This document shows, piece by piece, positions 1 to 11,043 of a DNA stretch of 64,000 nucleotides. Origin of the DNA: Ideonella sp. Its GTDB lineage: Bacteria; Pseudomonadota; Gammaproteobacteria; Burkholderiales; Burkholderiaceae_C. The stretch is taken from contig DATHWJ010000189.1 in assembly GCA_035460745.1 (NCBI GenBank), forward strand, positions 989 through 64,988, given 5' to 3'. Position 1 is the stretch's first letter. Each line of letters starts with the position of its first letter. A program made the position numbers and the translations under genes. Below the pieces are notes generated by a model. It saw only the letters and a program-made list of their open reading frames with translations. It was not told where the DNA came from and ran no database searches.

Positions 1-1489
1 CGCGCTGCAGCGCGTTTCGTCGATAGAGCAGACGGCCCTGGCCGAGCAGGCGGCGACCCACAAGCTGGTCCAGATGGCGACGCTGTGGAAGGGCCTGACC
101 GAAACGGCCGTCACCCGCGGCATGGCTGCGTCGATCAGCACCGATCCGGCCGTCGGCCTGTTCTTCAAGGACAACCTGGCGAAGGACGCGCCGCGCATCG
201 CCAAGCTGCGCGAAGAGATCATGGCGCTCGCGCAGACGCCCGAGGACCAGGCGCTGGGCGAGGCCATCCGGGCCAACGGCAAAGCCCTGGTGGCCGCCAG
301 CGCCAAGACGCGCGCCGCTGGCGCCGCGGGCGACGCCGAGGGCGCGGCCGCGCTGGTCAAGACCGACTATGCGCCCAAGACCGCCGTCTACCTGGCCAGC
401 ATCGACGAGTTCGTCGCGCTGCAGCAGCGCAAGGGCGAGCAGGCCGTGGCAGCCGCCGCCGACGCGCGCCGCGGCGTGATGAGCTTCGCCGGCATCGCGG
501 CGCTGATGGTGATGGGCCTCGCGATGGCCGCCGCCGCGCTGCTGGTGCGCAGCATCCGCCGCCCGCTGCAGGCCTCCATCGCCACCGCCAACGCGATCGC
601 CGAGGGCGACCTGACACGCGCCATCGACACTGCGCGCCGCGACGAGTTCGGCGAGCTGATGACGGCGCTGCGCCAGATGAACGACGCGCTGGCCGGCACG
701 GTCGGCAAGGTGCGCGCCTCGACCGACAGCATCAGCGTGGCCTCGCGCGAGATCGCGACCGGCAATGCCGACCTCTCCAGCCGCACCGAGCAGACCGCCA
801 GCAACCTGCAGCAGGCGGCCAGCTCGATGGCGCAGCTCACCGGCACCGTGCGCCAGAGCGCCGACTCGGCCACCACGGCCAACCAGCTCGCCAGCTCGGC
901 CGCCAGCGTCGCGCAGCGCGGCGGCGAGGTCGTGACGCAGGTCGTCGCCACCATGTCCGACATCAACACCAGCTCGCGCAGGATCGCCGACATCATCGGC
1001 ACGATCGACGGCATCGCCTTCCAGACCAACATCCTCGCCCTCAACGCGGCGGTGGAAGCCGCCCGCGCCGGCGAACAAGGCCGCGGCTTCGCGGTGGTGG
1101 CCAGCGAAGTGCGCAGCCTGGCGCAACGCAGCGCCGAGGCGGCCAAGGAGATCAAGACCCTGATAGGCGCCAGCGTCGAGCGGGTGGAGTCGGGCTCGCG
1201 CCTGGTCAGCGACGCCGGCAGCACGATGAGCGAGATCGTCGCCTCGGTGCAGCGCGTGGCCGACATCATCGGCGAGATCACCGCCGCCGCCGCCGAGCAG
1301 AGCGACGGCATCGGCCAGGTCAACGGCGCGGTGGGCGAGCTCGACCAGATGACGCAGCAGAACGCCGCGCTGGTCGAGCAGTCGTCCGCCGCCGCCGAGA
1401 GCCTGAAGGCGCAGGTGCACCAGCTGGCCGACGCAGTCGGCATCTTCCGGCTGCATGCGGACGGGCCGCGGAGTTTCGCTGCGGCCTGA
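1..1489 (+). CDS. Methyl-accepting chemotaxis protein (probably 5' truncated by the window edge)
   Basis: Periplasmic helical region, TM segment, HAMP ([12 protein letters not shown]) and signalling motif [40 protein letters not shown]; first TM not seen, frame open to the window edge. Confidence 0.95.
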   Translation, partial: ALQRVSSIEQTALAEQAATHKLVQMATLWKGLTETAVTRGMAASISTDPAVGLFFKDNLAKDAPRIAKLREEIMALAQTPEDQALGEAIRANGKALVAASAKTRAAGAAGDAEGAAALVKTDYAPKTAVYLASIDEFVALQQRKGEQAVAAAADARRGVMSFAGIAALMVMGLAMAAAALLVRSIRRPLQASIATANAIAEGDLTRAIDTARRDEFGELMTALRQMNDALAGTVGKVRASTDSISVASREIATGNADLSSRTEQTASNLQQAASSMAQLTGTVRQSADSATTANQLASSAASVAQRGGEVVTQVVATMSDINTSSRRIADIIGTIDGIAFQTNILALNAAVEAARAGEQGRGFAVVASEVRSLAQRSAEAAKEIKTLIGASVERVESGSRLVSDAGSTMSEIVASVQRVADIIGEITAAAAEQSDGIGQVNGAVGELDQMTQQNAALVEQSSAAAESLKAQVHQLADAVGIFRLHADGPRSFAAA

Positions 1490-1522
1490 GGCGGGTCTCA
1501 GTCTCGCGGCGCGGGACAGCGG

Positions 1523-1951
1523 TTATTCCAGCACCAGGACCAGCCGCTTGCCCAACGCCGCAGCGGCTCGGTCCAGCGTCTTCAGCGAAGGCCAATGGGT
1601 CGGATCTTCGAGGCGCTTGACGGCGGGCCACGAGGTTTCCAGCGCACGCGCCAGCTCCGAGAGGCTGCGCTCGCCGCGTGCCAGGCGCAGCAGCATGGCG
1701 GCCTGCGTCTTGGCATCCGGCGCTATGTAGTGAGCCCCCTTCACGCGCAAGCTGGGGGCTGGCACGTCCTTGTTTTCGTCCAGCCGCCAGGCCAGCATGG
1801 CCGACAGCACCTCGGCCGCGTTGAACAGAGCTTCTTCTTTCGACTGCCCTTCGGTGAAGGTGTCTGTCAGGTCGATGAACTGCACGAAGAAGCTGCCGTC
1901 GGCCTGCTCCTCCACCGTGGCGGGATATCGAATCTCCATCGGGTACCTCAT
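1523..1951 (-). CDS. hicB: HicB-family antitoxin with C-terminal HTH
   Basis: YPATVEEQADGSFFVQFIDL..TFTEGQSKEEALFNAAEVL HicB pattern, C-terminal HTH (SLSELARALETS..PSLKTLDRAAAALG); ATG at 1951 overlaps the hicA stop (ATGA). Confidence 0.9.
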   Translation of the reverse strand: MRYPMEIRYPATVEEQADGSFFVQFIDLTDTFTEGQSKEEALFNAAEVLSAMLAWRLDENKDVPAPSLRVKGAHYIAPDAKTQAAMLLRLARGERSLSELARALETSWPAVKRLEDPTHWPSLKTLDRAAAALGKRLVLVLE

Positions 1952-2133
1952 TTGAGCTTGACGCCGGTCTGGCGCTGGATCGCGGCCAGGAGACCTGCGC
2001 CGAGGTCTCGTGAGCCATGGACGGGGACCGGTACGGCCTGGCCCGCTTTGACCATGACATGGTGACTGCCGTGTATGCGATCGAGCTGCCAGCCGGCGGC
2101 CTTCAGCCTCGCGATGACGTCTCTGCCGGTCAT
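1948..2133 (-). CDS. hicA: HicA-family mRNA interferase toxin
   Basis: 61 aa, LKAAGW..RIHGSHHVM..VPVPVHGSRDLGAGLLAAIQRQTG typical HicA signature, upstream of hicB. Confidence 0.92.
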   Translation of the reverse strand: MTGRDVIARLKAAGWQLDRIHGSHHVMVKAGQAVPVPVHGSRDLGAGLLAAIQRQTGVKLK

Positions 2134-2140
2134 GCAGGCG

Positions 2141-2165
2141 ATGATATATCAAATAAGATCTATAC
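2141..2165 (-). promoter_or_regulatory. Putative hicAB -10 box and operator
   Basis: AT-rich patch; minus-strand TATCAT 7 nt before the ATG; imperfect inverted repeat ATATATC-N6-GATCTAT. Confidence 0.5.
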
Positions 2166-2176
2166 GCAGATCCGTT

Positions 2177-3039
<863 letters not shown>

Positions 3040-3043
<4 letters not shown>

Positions 3044-4254
3044 TTCACCCAGGTATTGAGCTGGATGATGGGCAACAGCACCGCCAACACGATCATCATC
3101 ACCACCACGCCCATCGCGACGATCAGCAGCGGCTCCAGGATGGTGGCCACCGCCATCGCGCGGCGCTGCACCTCGCCGCCCAGCTGACGGGCCGCGCGGT
3201 CCAGCATCTTGGGCAGCTGCCCGGTCTGCTCGCCCAGGCGCGAGAACATCGCCAGCAGGCCGGGGAAGCGCTTCTTGGCGGCCAGCGCCGAGGCCAGCGG
3301 CGCGCCTTCGCGGACCTGCACCAGCGCGTCCATCGCGTCGGCCCGCATCGAGCGGTTGTTCAGGGTCTCGGCCGCCGCCTGCAAGGCCTTGAGGATGGGC
3401 ACGCCGGCACCGGCCAGCATCGCCAGCGTGCCGGCGAAGCGGGCGGCGTTGTAGCCGCGGGCCAGGCGGCCGATCAGCGGCAGCTTCAGCACACCGGCAT
3501 CGAAGCGCTCGCGGAAGGCCTCGTTGCGCAGCGAGAAGGAGAGCATCGCGCCGCCGGCGATCAGCAGCCCCAGCACGTAGATGCCGTAGCTGCGCACGAA
3601 GCCGCTGAAGGCCAGCATCGCGACGGTGATGCCGGGCAGCGCGCGCTTGCTGCTGGTGAAGACCGAGGCCACCTGCGGCACCACGTAGGTGACGAGAAAG
3701 GTCACGATCACCACCGCGATCAGCGAGACGATGGCCGGGTAGAGCATCGCGCCTATCAGCTTGGCCTTCAGCGCCTGGCGCTCTTCCAGGTCGTCGGCCA
3801 GCCGCTCCAGCACGCCGCCGAGCGCACCGCTCTGCTCGCCGGCCGCCACCACGGCGCGGTAGACGTCGTCGAACTCGCGCGGGCTGGAGGCCAGCGCGCG
3901 CGCGAACGGGCTGCCGGCGTTGACCTCGCTCTTCAGGTGGGCGATCAGCTCGCGCTGGCGCGGCTCCTCGGACTCGTCGGACAGCGCCGTCAGCGCGCGC
4001 TCCAGCGGCAGGCCGGAGCCGACCAGGCCGGCCAGCTGGCGCGTCCAGACCGTCAGGCCGCTGGCGCTGAAGGCGCGCCGCGTGAAACGGATCTGGCCGG
4101 TGCCGGCATCGGACATCGCCACCTGGGTGACCGAGAGCGGCACCAGCGCCTGCGCCCGCACCTGCGCGCGCGCGGCCTTGGCGTTGTCGGCCTCGATCAG
4201 CCCGGTGCTGGTCTTGCCGGCGGGGTCCAGGGCTTCGTACTTGAAGGCGGGCAT
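3040..4254 (-). CDS. gspF: Type II secretion inner membrane protein GspF
   Basis: MPAFKYEALD start, GEQSG/GEQTG repeats, LYPAIV and LEPLLI motifs; downstream of gspE. Confidence 0.96.
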
Positions 4255-4263
4255 GTCTGGAGC

Positions 4264-5700
4264 CTACTCGCGTGTGACGCGCAGGACCTCTTCGAGCGAC
4301 GTGATGCCTTCACGCACCAGGCGTTCGCCGTCCTCGCGCATCGAGCGCAAGCCGTGCTTCGCGGCGGTCGCGATGATCTCGCTCTCGGCGGCGCGGTTGT
4401 GGATCAGCGCCTGCACCGGCTCGTCCACCACCATCAGCTCGTAGACGCCGGTGCGGCCCTTGTAGCCGGTGTGGCTGCATTCGGGGCAGCCCACGGGGTG
4501 CCAGATCACGCGGCCGTCGGGGCCGTCGGTGTCCTGCCGCTTGCAGTGCGGGCAGAGCTTGCGCACCAGCCGCTGCGCCAGCACGCCCAGCAGCGACGAG
4601 CTCAGCAGGAAGGGCTCGACGCCCATGTCGATCAGCCGGGTGACGGCCGACGGCGCATCGTTGGTGTGCAGGGTGGCGAGCACCAGGTGGCCGGTCAGCG
4701 AGGCCTGGATCGCGATCTGCGCGGTCTCGAAGTCGCGGATTTCGCCGATCATGATCACGTCCGGGTCCTGCCGCAGGATGGCGCGCAAGGCCTTCGCGAA
4801 GGTCAGGTCGATCTTGGGGTTGACCTGGGTCTGGCCGATGCCGGCCAGCTCGTACTCGACCGGGTCTTCGACCGTCAGGATGTTGGTGGTGCTGGTGTCC
4901 AGCCGGCCCAGCGAGGCGTACAGCGTGGTGGTCTTGCCGGAGCCGGTCGGGCCGGTGACCAGCACGATGCCGTGCGGCTGCTGCACCTGGCGGTGGAAGC
5001 TGGACAGCACGTCGCCACTCATGCCCAGGCCTTCGAGGGTGAACTTGGACTCGCTCTTGTCCAGCAGCCGCAGCACCGCGCGCTCGCCGTGCGAGGAGGG
5101 CAGGGTCGAGACCCGCACGTCGATCGCGCGGCCGCCGATGCGCAGCGAGATGCGGCCGTCCTGCGGCAGGCGCTTCTCGGCGATGTCGAGCTCGGCCATG
5201 ATCTTCAGGCGCGAGATCAGCGCGGCGTGCAGCGCCTTGTTCGGCTGCACCACCTCGCGCAGCGTGCCGTCGACGCGGAAGCGCACCGAGGAGCTGCGCT
5301 CGTAGGGCTCGATGTGGATGTCGCTGGCGCCGTCCTTGGCGGCCTGGGTCAGCAGCGCGTTGAGCATGCGGATGATGGGCGCGTCGTTGGCGGCCTCCAG
5401 CAGGTCTTCAACCGCCGGCAGCTCCTGCATCATGCGCGAGAGGTCGACCGCGCTCTCCACCTCGCCGACCACCGCCGCGGCGCTGGCCTCGCCGCCGGCA
5501 TAGGCCGCGGCCAGGCGCGCCGCCAGCGTCGGGCCCGACTCGGGCTCGAAGCGATCGACGGCGTAGCGCCGCAGCACCTCGGTCAGCGCGCTGCGCGGCG
5601 TGGTGTCGGCCAGGCGCAGCGTGAGCTGCTGGCCGTCGTCCTCCAGCAGCAGGGTGTTGGCCTTGGCGAAGGCGTAGGGGAGGGGGTGGCGCTGGCCCAT
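4264..5700 (-). CDS. gspE: Type II secretion ATPase GspE
   Basis: ASDIHIEP, Walker [28 protein letters not shown], two CxxC motifs. Confidence 0.97.
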   Translation of the reverse strand: MGQRHPLPYAFAKANTLLLEDDGQQLTLRLADTTPRSALTEVLRRYAVDRFEPESGPTLAARLAAAYAGGEASAAAVVGEVESAVDLSRMMQELPAVEDLLEAANDAPIIRMLNALLTQAAKDGASDIHIEPYERSSSVRFRVDGTLREVVQPNKALHAALISRLKIMAELDIAEKRLPQDGRISLRIGGRAIDVRVSTLPSSHGERAVLRLLDKSESKFTLEGLGMSGDVLSSFHRQVQQPHGIVLVTGPTGSGKTTTLYASLGRLDTSTTNILTVEDPVEYELAGIGQTQVNPKIDLTFAKALRAILRQDPDVIMIGEIRDFETAQIAIQASLTGHLVLATLHTNDAPSAVTRLIDMGVEPFLLSSSLLGVLAQRLVRKLCPHCKRQDTDGPDGRVIWHPVGCPECSHTGYKGRTGVYELMVVDEPVQALIHNRAAESEIIATAAKHGLRSMREDGERLVREGITSLEEVLRVTRE

Positions 5701-5712
5701 GGCTTGACCTGC

Positions 5713-7959
5713 TTACTTCTTCTCGGGGATGTCGGGCGGCGCGAGCACCGGCACCGTGGTGGTCGAGGGCGCCTCGTAAGGTTTGTACTCGGGCAGCACC
5801 GGCGAGCCGTCGACCGGCAGCACGATGTTCTGCTGCGGCTGCGCGTCCTTCTGGCTGGCGCGTATCAGGTCGTAGCGGTCCAGCGTCAGCTTGGTGGCGG
5901 TGGCGGCGTCGCGCATCACCACCGGCCGCAGGAAGACCATCAGGTTGGTGCGCTGCTTGGTGCGGGTCTCGCTGCGGAACAGCGCGCCCACGTAGGGGAT
6001 GTCGCCCAGCAGCGGCACCTTGGACTTGTTCTCGGTGTAGCGGTCCTCGATCAGGCCGCCCAGCACCAGGATGGCGCCGTCGTCGACCGTGACGGTGGAC
6101 TCGATGGAGCGCTTGTTGGTGGTCGGGCCGGACGACGCGGTGCCGGCGGCCAGCCGGTCGGCCACCGAGGACGACTCCTGGAAGATCACCATGCGCACCG
6201 TGCCGCCTTCGCCGACCTGCGGCTTGATGCGCAGCGTGATGCCCACGTCCTTGCGTTCTATGGTCTGGAAGGGGCTGGTCGTGCCGGTGCCGGTGCCGGT
6301 GAACTGGCCGGTGATGAAGGGCACGTTCTGGCCGACCACGATCTTGGCTTCTTCGTTGTCCAGCGTGATCAGGTTGGGGGTCGAGACGATGTTGGTGTTG
6401 GTCTGGCTCTGCAGCAGGCGGGCGATCGCGGCCAGGCCGTAGGCGTTGCCGAAGTTCTTGATCAGGCCGATGTTCAGGCCCTGGCCGAGCGCGGTACCCA
6501 GGCCGGTCAGGTCGGCGCTGGCGCCGGCGCCGGTGATGGTCAGCAGGTTGCCGGTGGAGCCGAAGTTGGTGCCGCCGACCAGCCCGTACTTGTCGCCGCT
6601 CTGGCCGATCAGGCCTTGCCACTGGAAGCCGAAGTCGGCCGAGTTGTCGCCGGTGACCTCGACGATCATGCTCTCGATGTAGATCTGCGCGCGGCGCGAA
6701 TCGAGCTGGTCGATGACCTGGCGCATCTGGCGGTAGACCGCCTCCGGCGCCGAGATGATCAGCGAGTTGGTCGAGGGATCGGCCTGGATCTGGCCGCCGG
6801 TGGAGGGGCTGGCCGAGGCGCTCACCGGCGTGGTGGACTGGCTGCTGGCGCCGCTGGAGCTGGCGGAACTGCTGCCGGAGGTGTTCAGGCCGACGCCGGT
6901 GCCGGCGATGCCGGTCGAGGGGCGCGAGCCCGAGCCGCTGAAGCCGGCACCGGCGCCCGCGCCGCTGCCCGAGCTGGCCGCGGCGCCGCTGGCCATCGCG
7001 GCGCGCAGCACCTCGGCCATCTTCACCGCGTCGGCGTTCTTCAGGTAGACCACCCAGATGTTGCCGGCCGGGCCGCCGCCCTGGGTGGGCTGGTCGAGCT
7101 TGGCGATCAGCGACTTGACCGCGTTCAATCGGGCCGGGTTGGCGGTGCGCACCACCAGCGAGTTGCTGCGCGGCTCCACCACGATGGAGGTGGCCGAGCC
7201 CTGGGAGGCCGGCGCGCCGGGCACCACGACGCCGCTGCCGCCTTCGGCCAGGCGCTGCACCAGCGGCGCCAGGTCGGCGGCGAGCGCGTTCTTGATCGCG
7301 ATGACCTCGACCTCCGAGGCCGCCGGCTGGTCCAGCGCGGCGATGATCTTGGCCAGGCGCTGCAGGTTGTCGGCGTAGTCGGTGATGATCAGCGTGCCGT
7401 TGGCGGCGTTGGCGTTGATCGTGTTGTTGGCGCTGATCAGCGGCCGCAGCACGGCCACCAGGTTGTTCGGGTTCTCGTGGTTGAGGCGGAAGATCTGCGT
7501 CAGGATCTGGTCGCCGCGCGCGGTCGGCGCACCGATCGAGACGGTGCCGGCCTGCAGCTTGGCCTCGGCCTCGGGCACCACCTTCAGCAGCCCGGCGTTC
7601 TCCACCACCGTGAAACCCATGCCGCGCAGCGCGGCCAGGTAGCTGCGCCAGGCCTCCTGCGGCGGCATCGCCTTTTCGCTGGTGACGGTGATCTGGCCCT
7701 TGACGCGCGGATCGACCACGATCTGGCGGTCCAGCATGGTGCCGATGGCGCGCGAGACGGCTTCGATCTCGGCGTTGACGAAGTTCAGCGTCACCGGGGC
7801 CCGGCCGCGGGCGGCCGGCATGGGCGTGTCGCCGTCGGTGGCCTGGGCATGGACCGGCGGCTGGGCGGCCAGCAGCAGGGCCAGCACCAGCGGGGTCAGC
7901 GAGGGCCGGCGGTGGGGGCGCTTGTGGCGCGCGGCGGCGGAGGTGTCGTGCAAGGTCAT
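5713..7959 (-). CDS. gspD: Type II secretion secretin GspD
   Basis: Signal peptide, TLNFVNAEI N0 domain, ADPSTNSLII, secretin core TPNLITLDNEEA..VGQNVPF..KVPLLGDIP; start reassigned to MTLHD (GTG at 7965 is an alternative). Confidence 0.95.
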   Translation of the reverse strand: MTLHDTSAAARHKRPHRRPSLTPLVLALLLAAQPPVHAQATDGDTPMPAARGRAPVTLNFVNAEIEAVSRAIGTMLDRQIVVDPRVKGQITVTSEKAMPPQEAWRSYLAALRGMGFTVVENAGLLKVVPEAEAKLQAGTVSIGAPTARGDQILTQIFRLNHENPNNLVAVLRPLISANNTINANAANGTLIITDYADNLQRLAKIIAALDQPAASEVEVIAIKNALAADLAPLVQRLAEGGSGVVVPGAPASQGSATSIVVEPRSNSLVVRTANPARLNAVKSLIAKLDQPTQGGGPAGNIWVVYLKNADAVKMAEVLRAAMASGAAASSGSGAGAGAGFSGSGSRPSTGIAGTGVGLNTSGSSSASSSGASSQSTTPVSASASPSTGGQIQADPSTNSLIISAPEAVYRQMRQVIDQLDSRRAQIYIESMIVEVTGDNSADFGFQWQGLIGQSGDKYGLVGGTNFGSTGNLLTITGAGASADLTGLGTALGQGLNIGLIKNFGNAYGLAAIARLLQSQTNTNIVSTPNLITLDNEEAKIVVGQNVPFITGQFTGTGTGTTSPFQTIERKDVGITLRIKPQVGEGGTVRMVIFQESSSVADRLAAGTASSGPTTNKRSIESTVTVDDGAILVLGGLIEDRYTENKSKVPLLGDIPYVGALFRSETRTKQRTNLMVFLRPVVMRDAATATKLTLDRYDLIRASQKDAQPQQNIVLPVDGSPVLPEYKPYEAPSTTTVPVLAPPDIPEKK

Positions 7960-7961
7960 GG

Positions 7962-8861
7962 TCACCCGATCGAAATGACGGACAGTGCGCCGTTGCGCCG
8001 CCCGATGATGTTCAGCAAATTGTTCAAGGCCGGCTCGAAGCCCGGTGCCGCGCGTGCATCGCCGCGAAAGCGCAGCCCGCCGCGCCCGCCCAGCTCGCCG
8101 CTGCCGTTGAGCTGCAGGGCGCCGTCCAGCGTGTTCAGCTTGAGTGTGGTCGGGCTGCCCGGCTGGCCGGCGACGCGGATGCGGTAGCTGCCCAGCGGGT
8201 CCAGCGTGGACAGGCGGGACGAGGCCTGCAGCAGGTCCAGCTCGGCCTGGCCCTCGAGCTGCCAGCCGCCATTGTCCTTGCCGGAGCGCAGCGTCAGGCT
8301 GCGCGTCGCGACGCGCAGCTGGCCGCCCGGCTTGAGCGTGTTCCACGGCGCGCCCAGGCCCTCCAGCCAGGCCGCGGGCCATTGGCCGACCGTCTCGCCG
8401 GCCGCCGGCACCACCGTCACCGCGAGCCGGCCCCAGCCGGGCCGCAGCTCGATGGCCAGGCCTGGTGCAACGCAGCAATCCTGCGCCAGCTTGAGCCGCA
8501 GCCCACCCAAGAAAGGGGCGAGCGACCAGCCCAGGCGCGACGGCAGCACCGCGGCGTCGCGGCTGCCGGCGCCGCCGGTGAGCACCGGCAGCGCGCTGCC
8601 GCTCCACAGCGTGCCCTCGGGCTCGGCCAGCAGCAGCCGGCCGCCGGTGGCGCGTTCGATCGCGCCGGTCAGCCAGGCCGCCGGCGCAAAGAACAGCAGC
8701 GCCAGCACGACGCCCAAGCCGCCGCCGGCCAGCGCCCAGCGCCCGGTCGGGCGCATCGCGCTGGCGTCGGTGGCCGGCGCGCGCCAGGCCGGGCGCAGCG
8801 GCGGCGCCTTGGGCTTGGGCGTGCGCGTGGCGCGCAGCGAGAGCGGGGTTTTCAGTGCCAC
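7962..8861 (-). CDS. gspN: Type II secretion protein GspN
   Basis: N-terminal TM then FAPAAWL, GTLWSGSA, PLGSYR; position between gspM and gspD. Confidence 0.88.
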   Translation of the reverse strand: MALKTPLSLRATRTPKPKAPPLRPAWRAPATDASAMRPTGRWALAGGGLGVVLALLFFAPAAWLTGAIERATGGRLLLAEPEGTLWSGSALPVLTGGAGSRDAAVLPSRLGWSLAPFLGGLRLKLAQDCCVAPGLAIELRPGWGRLAVTVVPAAGETVGQWPAAWLEGLGAPWNTLKPGGQLRVATRSLTLRSGKDNGGWQLEGQAELDLLQASSRLSTLDPLGSYRIRVAGQPGSPTTLKLNTLDGALQLNGSGELGGRGGLRFRGDARAAPGFEPALNNLLNIIGRRNGALSVISIG

Positions 8862-8874
8862 GCGGCGTGTCCGA

Positions 8875-9348
8875 TCATGGTGCGCCCGGCAGGCTCACCA
8901 CCACCTGCCCGTTCAGCCCGCTGCCGGCGCGCGTGACCTGCAGCTCCACCGGCCGGGCGCGGGCGCCGCTGCGCACCTCGCCGAGCCAGGTGCGCAGTTG
9001 TTCGGGGGTGGCGCCGTTGAGCGTCAGCGTGGCGCGGTCGCCGACCAGGCTCAGCTTGGCTTGCGTGCCGAGCCGGTCGGAGGCGGCCTTGAGGGCCTGG
9101 GCGGACTGGGCGGCGTTGACGGGTGGCTGGGCCTTGAGCTCGCGGGTTTCGCTGGCCAGGCGCTGCATCTCCAGCCACTGGGCCTCGAGCGTACGGGCCT
9201 GGGCGGGCACCTGCTGCCAGGTCGTCCAGGCCGGCCGCAGCGCGATGAACCAGAGCAGGGCCAGGGCCACGACGGCACCGGCCACGAGCACCATGCGGCG
9301 CTCCCGCGCATTCATCGCAGCCCAGCGCTGGCGGAGTTCGTTGTTCAT
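8875..9348 (-). CDS. gspM: Type II secretion protein GspM
   Basis: WAAMNARERRMV plus TM motif typical of GspM; ATG overlaps the gspL stop (ATGA). Confidence 0.88.
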   Translation of the reverse strand: MNNELRQRWAAMNARERRMVLVAGAVVALALLWFIALRPAWTTWQQVPAQARTLEAQWLEMQRLASETRELKAQPPVNAAQSAQALKAASDRLGTQAKLSLVGDRATLTLNGATPEQLRTWLGEVRSGARARPVELQVTRAGSGLNGQVVVSLPGAP

Positions 9349-10928
9349 ATCTCGCTCTGGCCGTCGGCGTTGTTGCCTTGCATGGGCCGGCCGCTGAGGG
9401 GTGGGTTGCCGGGCAGCGGCCGGACGGGTTGGGGCTGGGCGCCCGCTGGCGGCATACCGGGGCGCAGGCCGGGTGTGCCGCCGGGCGCGATGGCGCGCTG
9501 TCCCGGCTGCACCGGGCCGGCGCCGGCCGGCATCTGGCCCGCCGCCGGCTGGCCTTGCATGGTTTGCGGCGCCAAGGGGCGCGGGGCGCCGGGCGGGCTG
9601 CCGTAGGCGGCCGGGTTGGCAGTGCCGGGCGGCAAGCCGCCGGTGGCGTTGTTGAGTGGTGGCGTGCCTTCGGCGACGCGGGCGCGGCTGAGGGTCAGGC
9701 GGCCCGGCACGGCTTCGGCGTCCAGCCCCAGCGGGCGCAGCCGGCCACGGAACTCGTCCACCTCTTGCGGGCTCCAGCCGACGCTGTTGATCGTCAGCTT
9801 GCCGGGCTCGTACTTCAGCGCGTCGGCCGGCGCGCGCGAGCCGGGCCAGGCGGCCTCGGCGGCGTAGAGCATGGGCTCCAGGTCGGTGTCGGCCGGCTTG
9901 CCGGCGGCGGTGCGCAGCAGGTCGACCTCCTTTTGCATCTGGGCCGGCGCGTCGATGACGGCGCGCACCTGCGGGAAGGTGGTCTGCAGCAGGCTGGTCA
10001 TCGCGATCTTCTGGCGCGCCAGCGCCTGGCGCTGCTGCCAGGCCCACAGGTTGATGCCCAGCAGCTGCACCACCACCAGCAGCGCCAGGCCGTAGCGCAC
10101 CGGCCGCCAGGCGCGGTCCTGCCAGAAGCGCTGCAGCCACTCGCGGGCCACGCGGCTGCCGCGGCGCTGGGCGGCCAGGTCGAACTGGCGCAGGTTCCAG
10201 CCGCTCTTGCTGGCCGCGAGCAGGAAGTCGCCCTGCGACTGCGCCGCCACCGTGGTGCCGGCCAGGCGCGCGGCCTCAGCGGCGCCTTCGGGGCTGGCGG
10301 TCCAGTGCACCGGCTGGTCGGGCGGCAGGCCGGCCAGCAGCGCGCGCGTGGCGTCGCTGGCCAGCGGCAGGCAGAGGGGGCCCTTGGCGTCGCGCCAGGC
10401 CAGCCACAGGCCGTCGTCGGTCCCGCCCGTGACACCGGCCTCGGCGGTGTAGACGTGGCCGGCGGGGCTGTCGTCGGGGCCCCAGGCGGGCACCAGGCGG
10501 TCGACCGTCAGCCCGGTGGCTTCGATGACTTCGATCTGGGCTGCCAGCCAGGGCTTGGCGACCGCGGCGACCCAGAGCGGCTCGCCCGGCTTCAGGCCGG
10601 GGGCGACGGCGAGGTGCAGCTCGCTCTCGTCTTGCAGCAGCGATTCTTCGAGGATGCCGACCAGGGCCGGGCGCAGCCGTGCCGCGGGGGCCTTGGGCGC
10701 GGTGATGAGGTGCCAGGCGACGTCCTCCGCCGGCAGCACGGCGACCACGCTCTGGGCCTTGGGCAGGGCGCGCGGGGCGCAGCGGCCATGCTGGGTGATC
10801 TGCTGGCCGTCGGCGCTGAAGACGTACTCGAGCTCGCTGGGCGTGCGCGGCAGGCCGGCCGCCGGCCCCTCGGCGCGCTGGGCGGACAACCGCGGCTGGG
10901 CGGGCAACTGGACGATCAGTGTGGACAT
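9345..10928 (-). CDS. gspL: Type II secretion protein GspL with Pro/Gly/Gln-rich C-terminal extension
   Basis: MSTLIVQLP start, LEESLLQD..LHLA, WNLRQF before the TM, TFPQVRAVIDAPAQM; low-complexity tail. Confidence 0.9.
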   Translation of the reverse strand: MSTLIVQLPAQPRLSAQRAEGPAAGLPRTPSELEYVFSADGQQITQHGRCAPRALPKAQSVVAVLPAEDVAWHLITAPKAPAARLRPALVGILEESLLQDESELHLAVAPGLKPGEPLWVAAVAKPWLAAQIEVIEATGLTVDRLVPAWGPDDSPAGHVYTAEAGVTGGTDDGLWLAWRDAKGPLCLPLASDATRALLAGLPPDQPVHWTASPEGAAEAARLAGTTVAAQSQGDFLLAASKSGWNLRQFDLAAQRRGSRVAREWLQRFWQDRAWRPVRYGLALLVVVQLLGINLWAWQQRQALARQKIAMTSLLQTTFPQVRAVIDAPAQMQKEVDLLRTAAGKPADTDLEPMLYAAEAAWPGSRAPADALKYEPGKLTINSVGWSPQEVDEFRGRLRPLGLDAEAVPGRLTLSRARVAEGTPPLNNATGGLPPGTANPAAYGSPPGAPRPLAPQTMQGQPAAGQMPAGAGPVQPGQRAIAPGGTPGLRPGMPPAGAQPQPVRPLPGNPPLSGRPMQGNNADGQSEI

Positions 10929-11043
10929 GGGGGTGGAAGCCTAACCGCTGCGGCCGGTAGCGGCCAGGGCCGCGCGCCGGGTGAACTGCTTGCAGCCCGC
11001 TATTGTGGCCTGCGCACAATGACGGGCCGCCACGTGAAGATCA

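Noticed and set aside
6800-6990. Ser/Gly-rich stretch in GspD
   Set aside because: Low-complexity loops in the N3 domain are common in secretins.
3937-8187. 1416-aa plus-strand ORF
   Set aside because: Antisense shadow of gspF/E/D caused by high-GC codon bias; no recognisable motifs, while the minus-strand genes are unambiguous.
5713-8607. Long N-terminal extensions in the ORF track for gspD (also gspM, gspI, gspG, matB, resB, ccsB, yihA, cobW and others)
   Set aside because: They overlap neighbouring genes; downstream starts with signal peptides, RBS or stop/start overlaps fit better, so these are not fusions.
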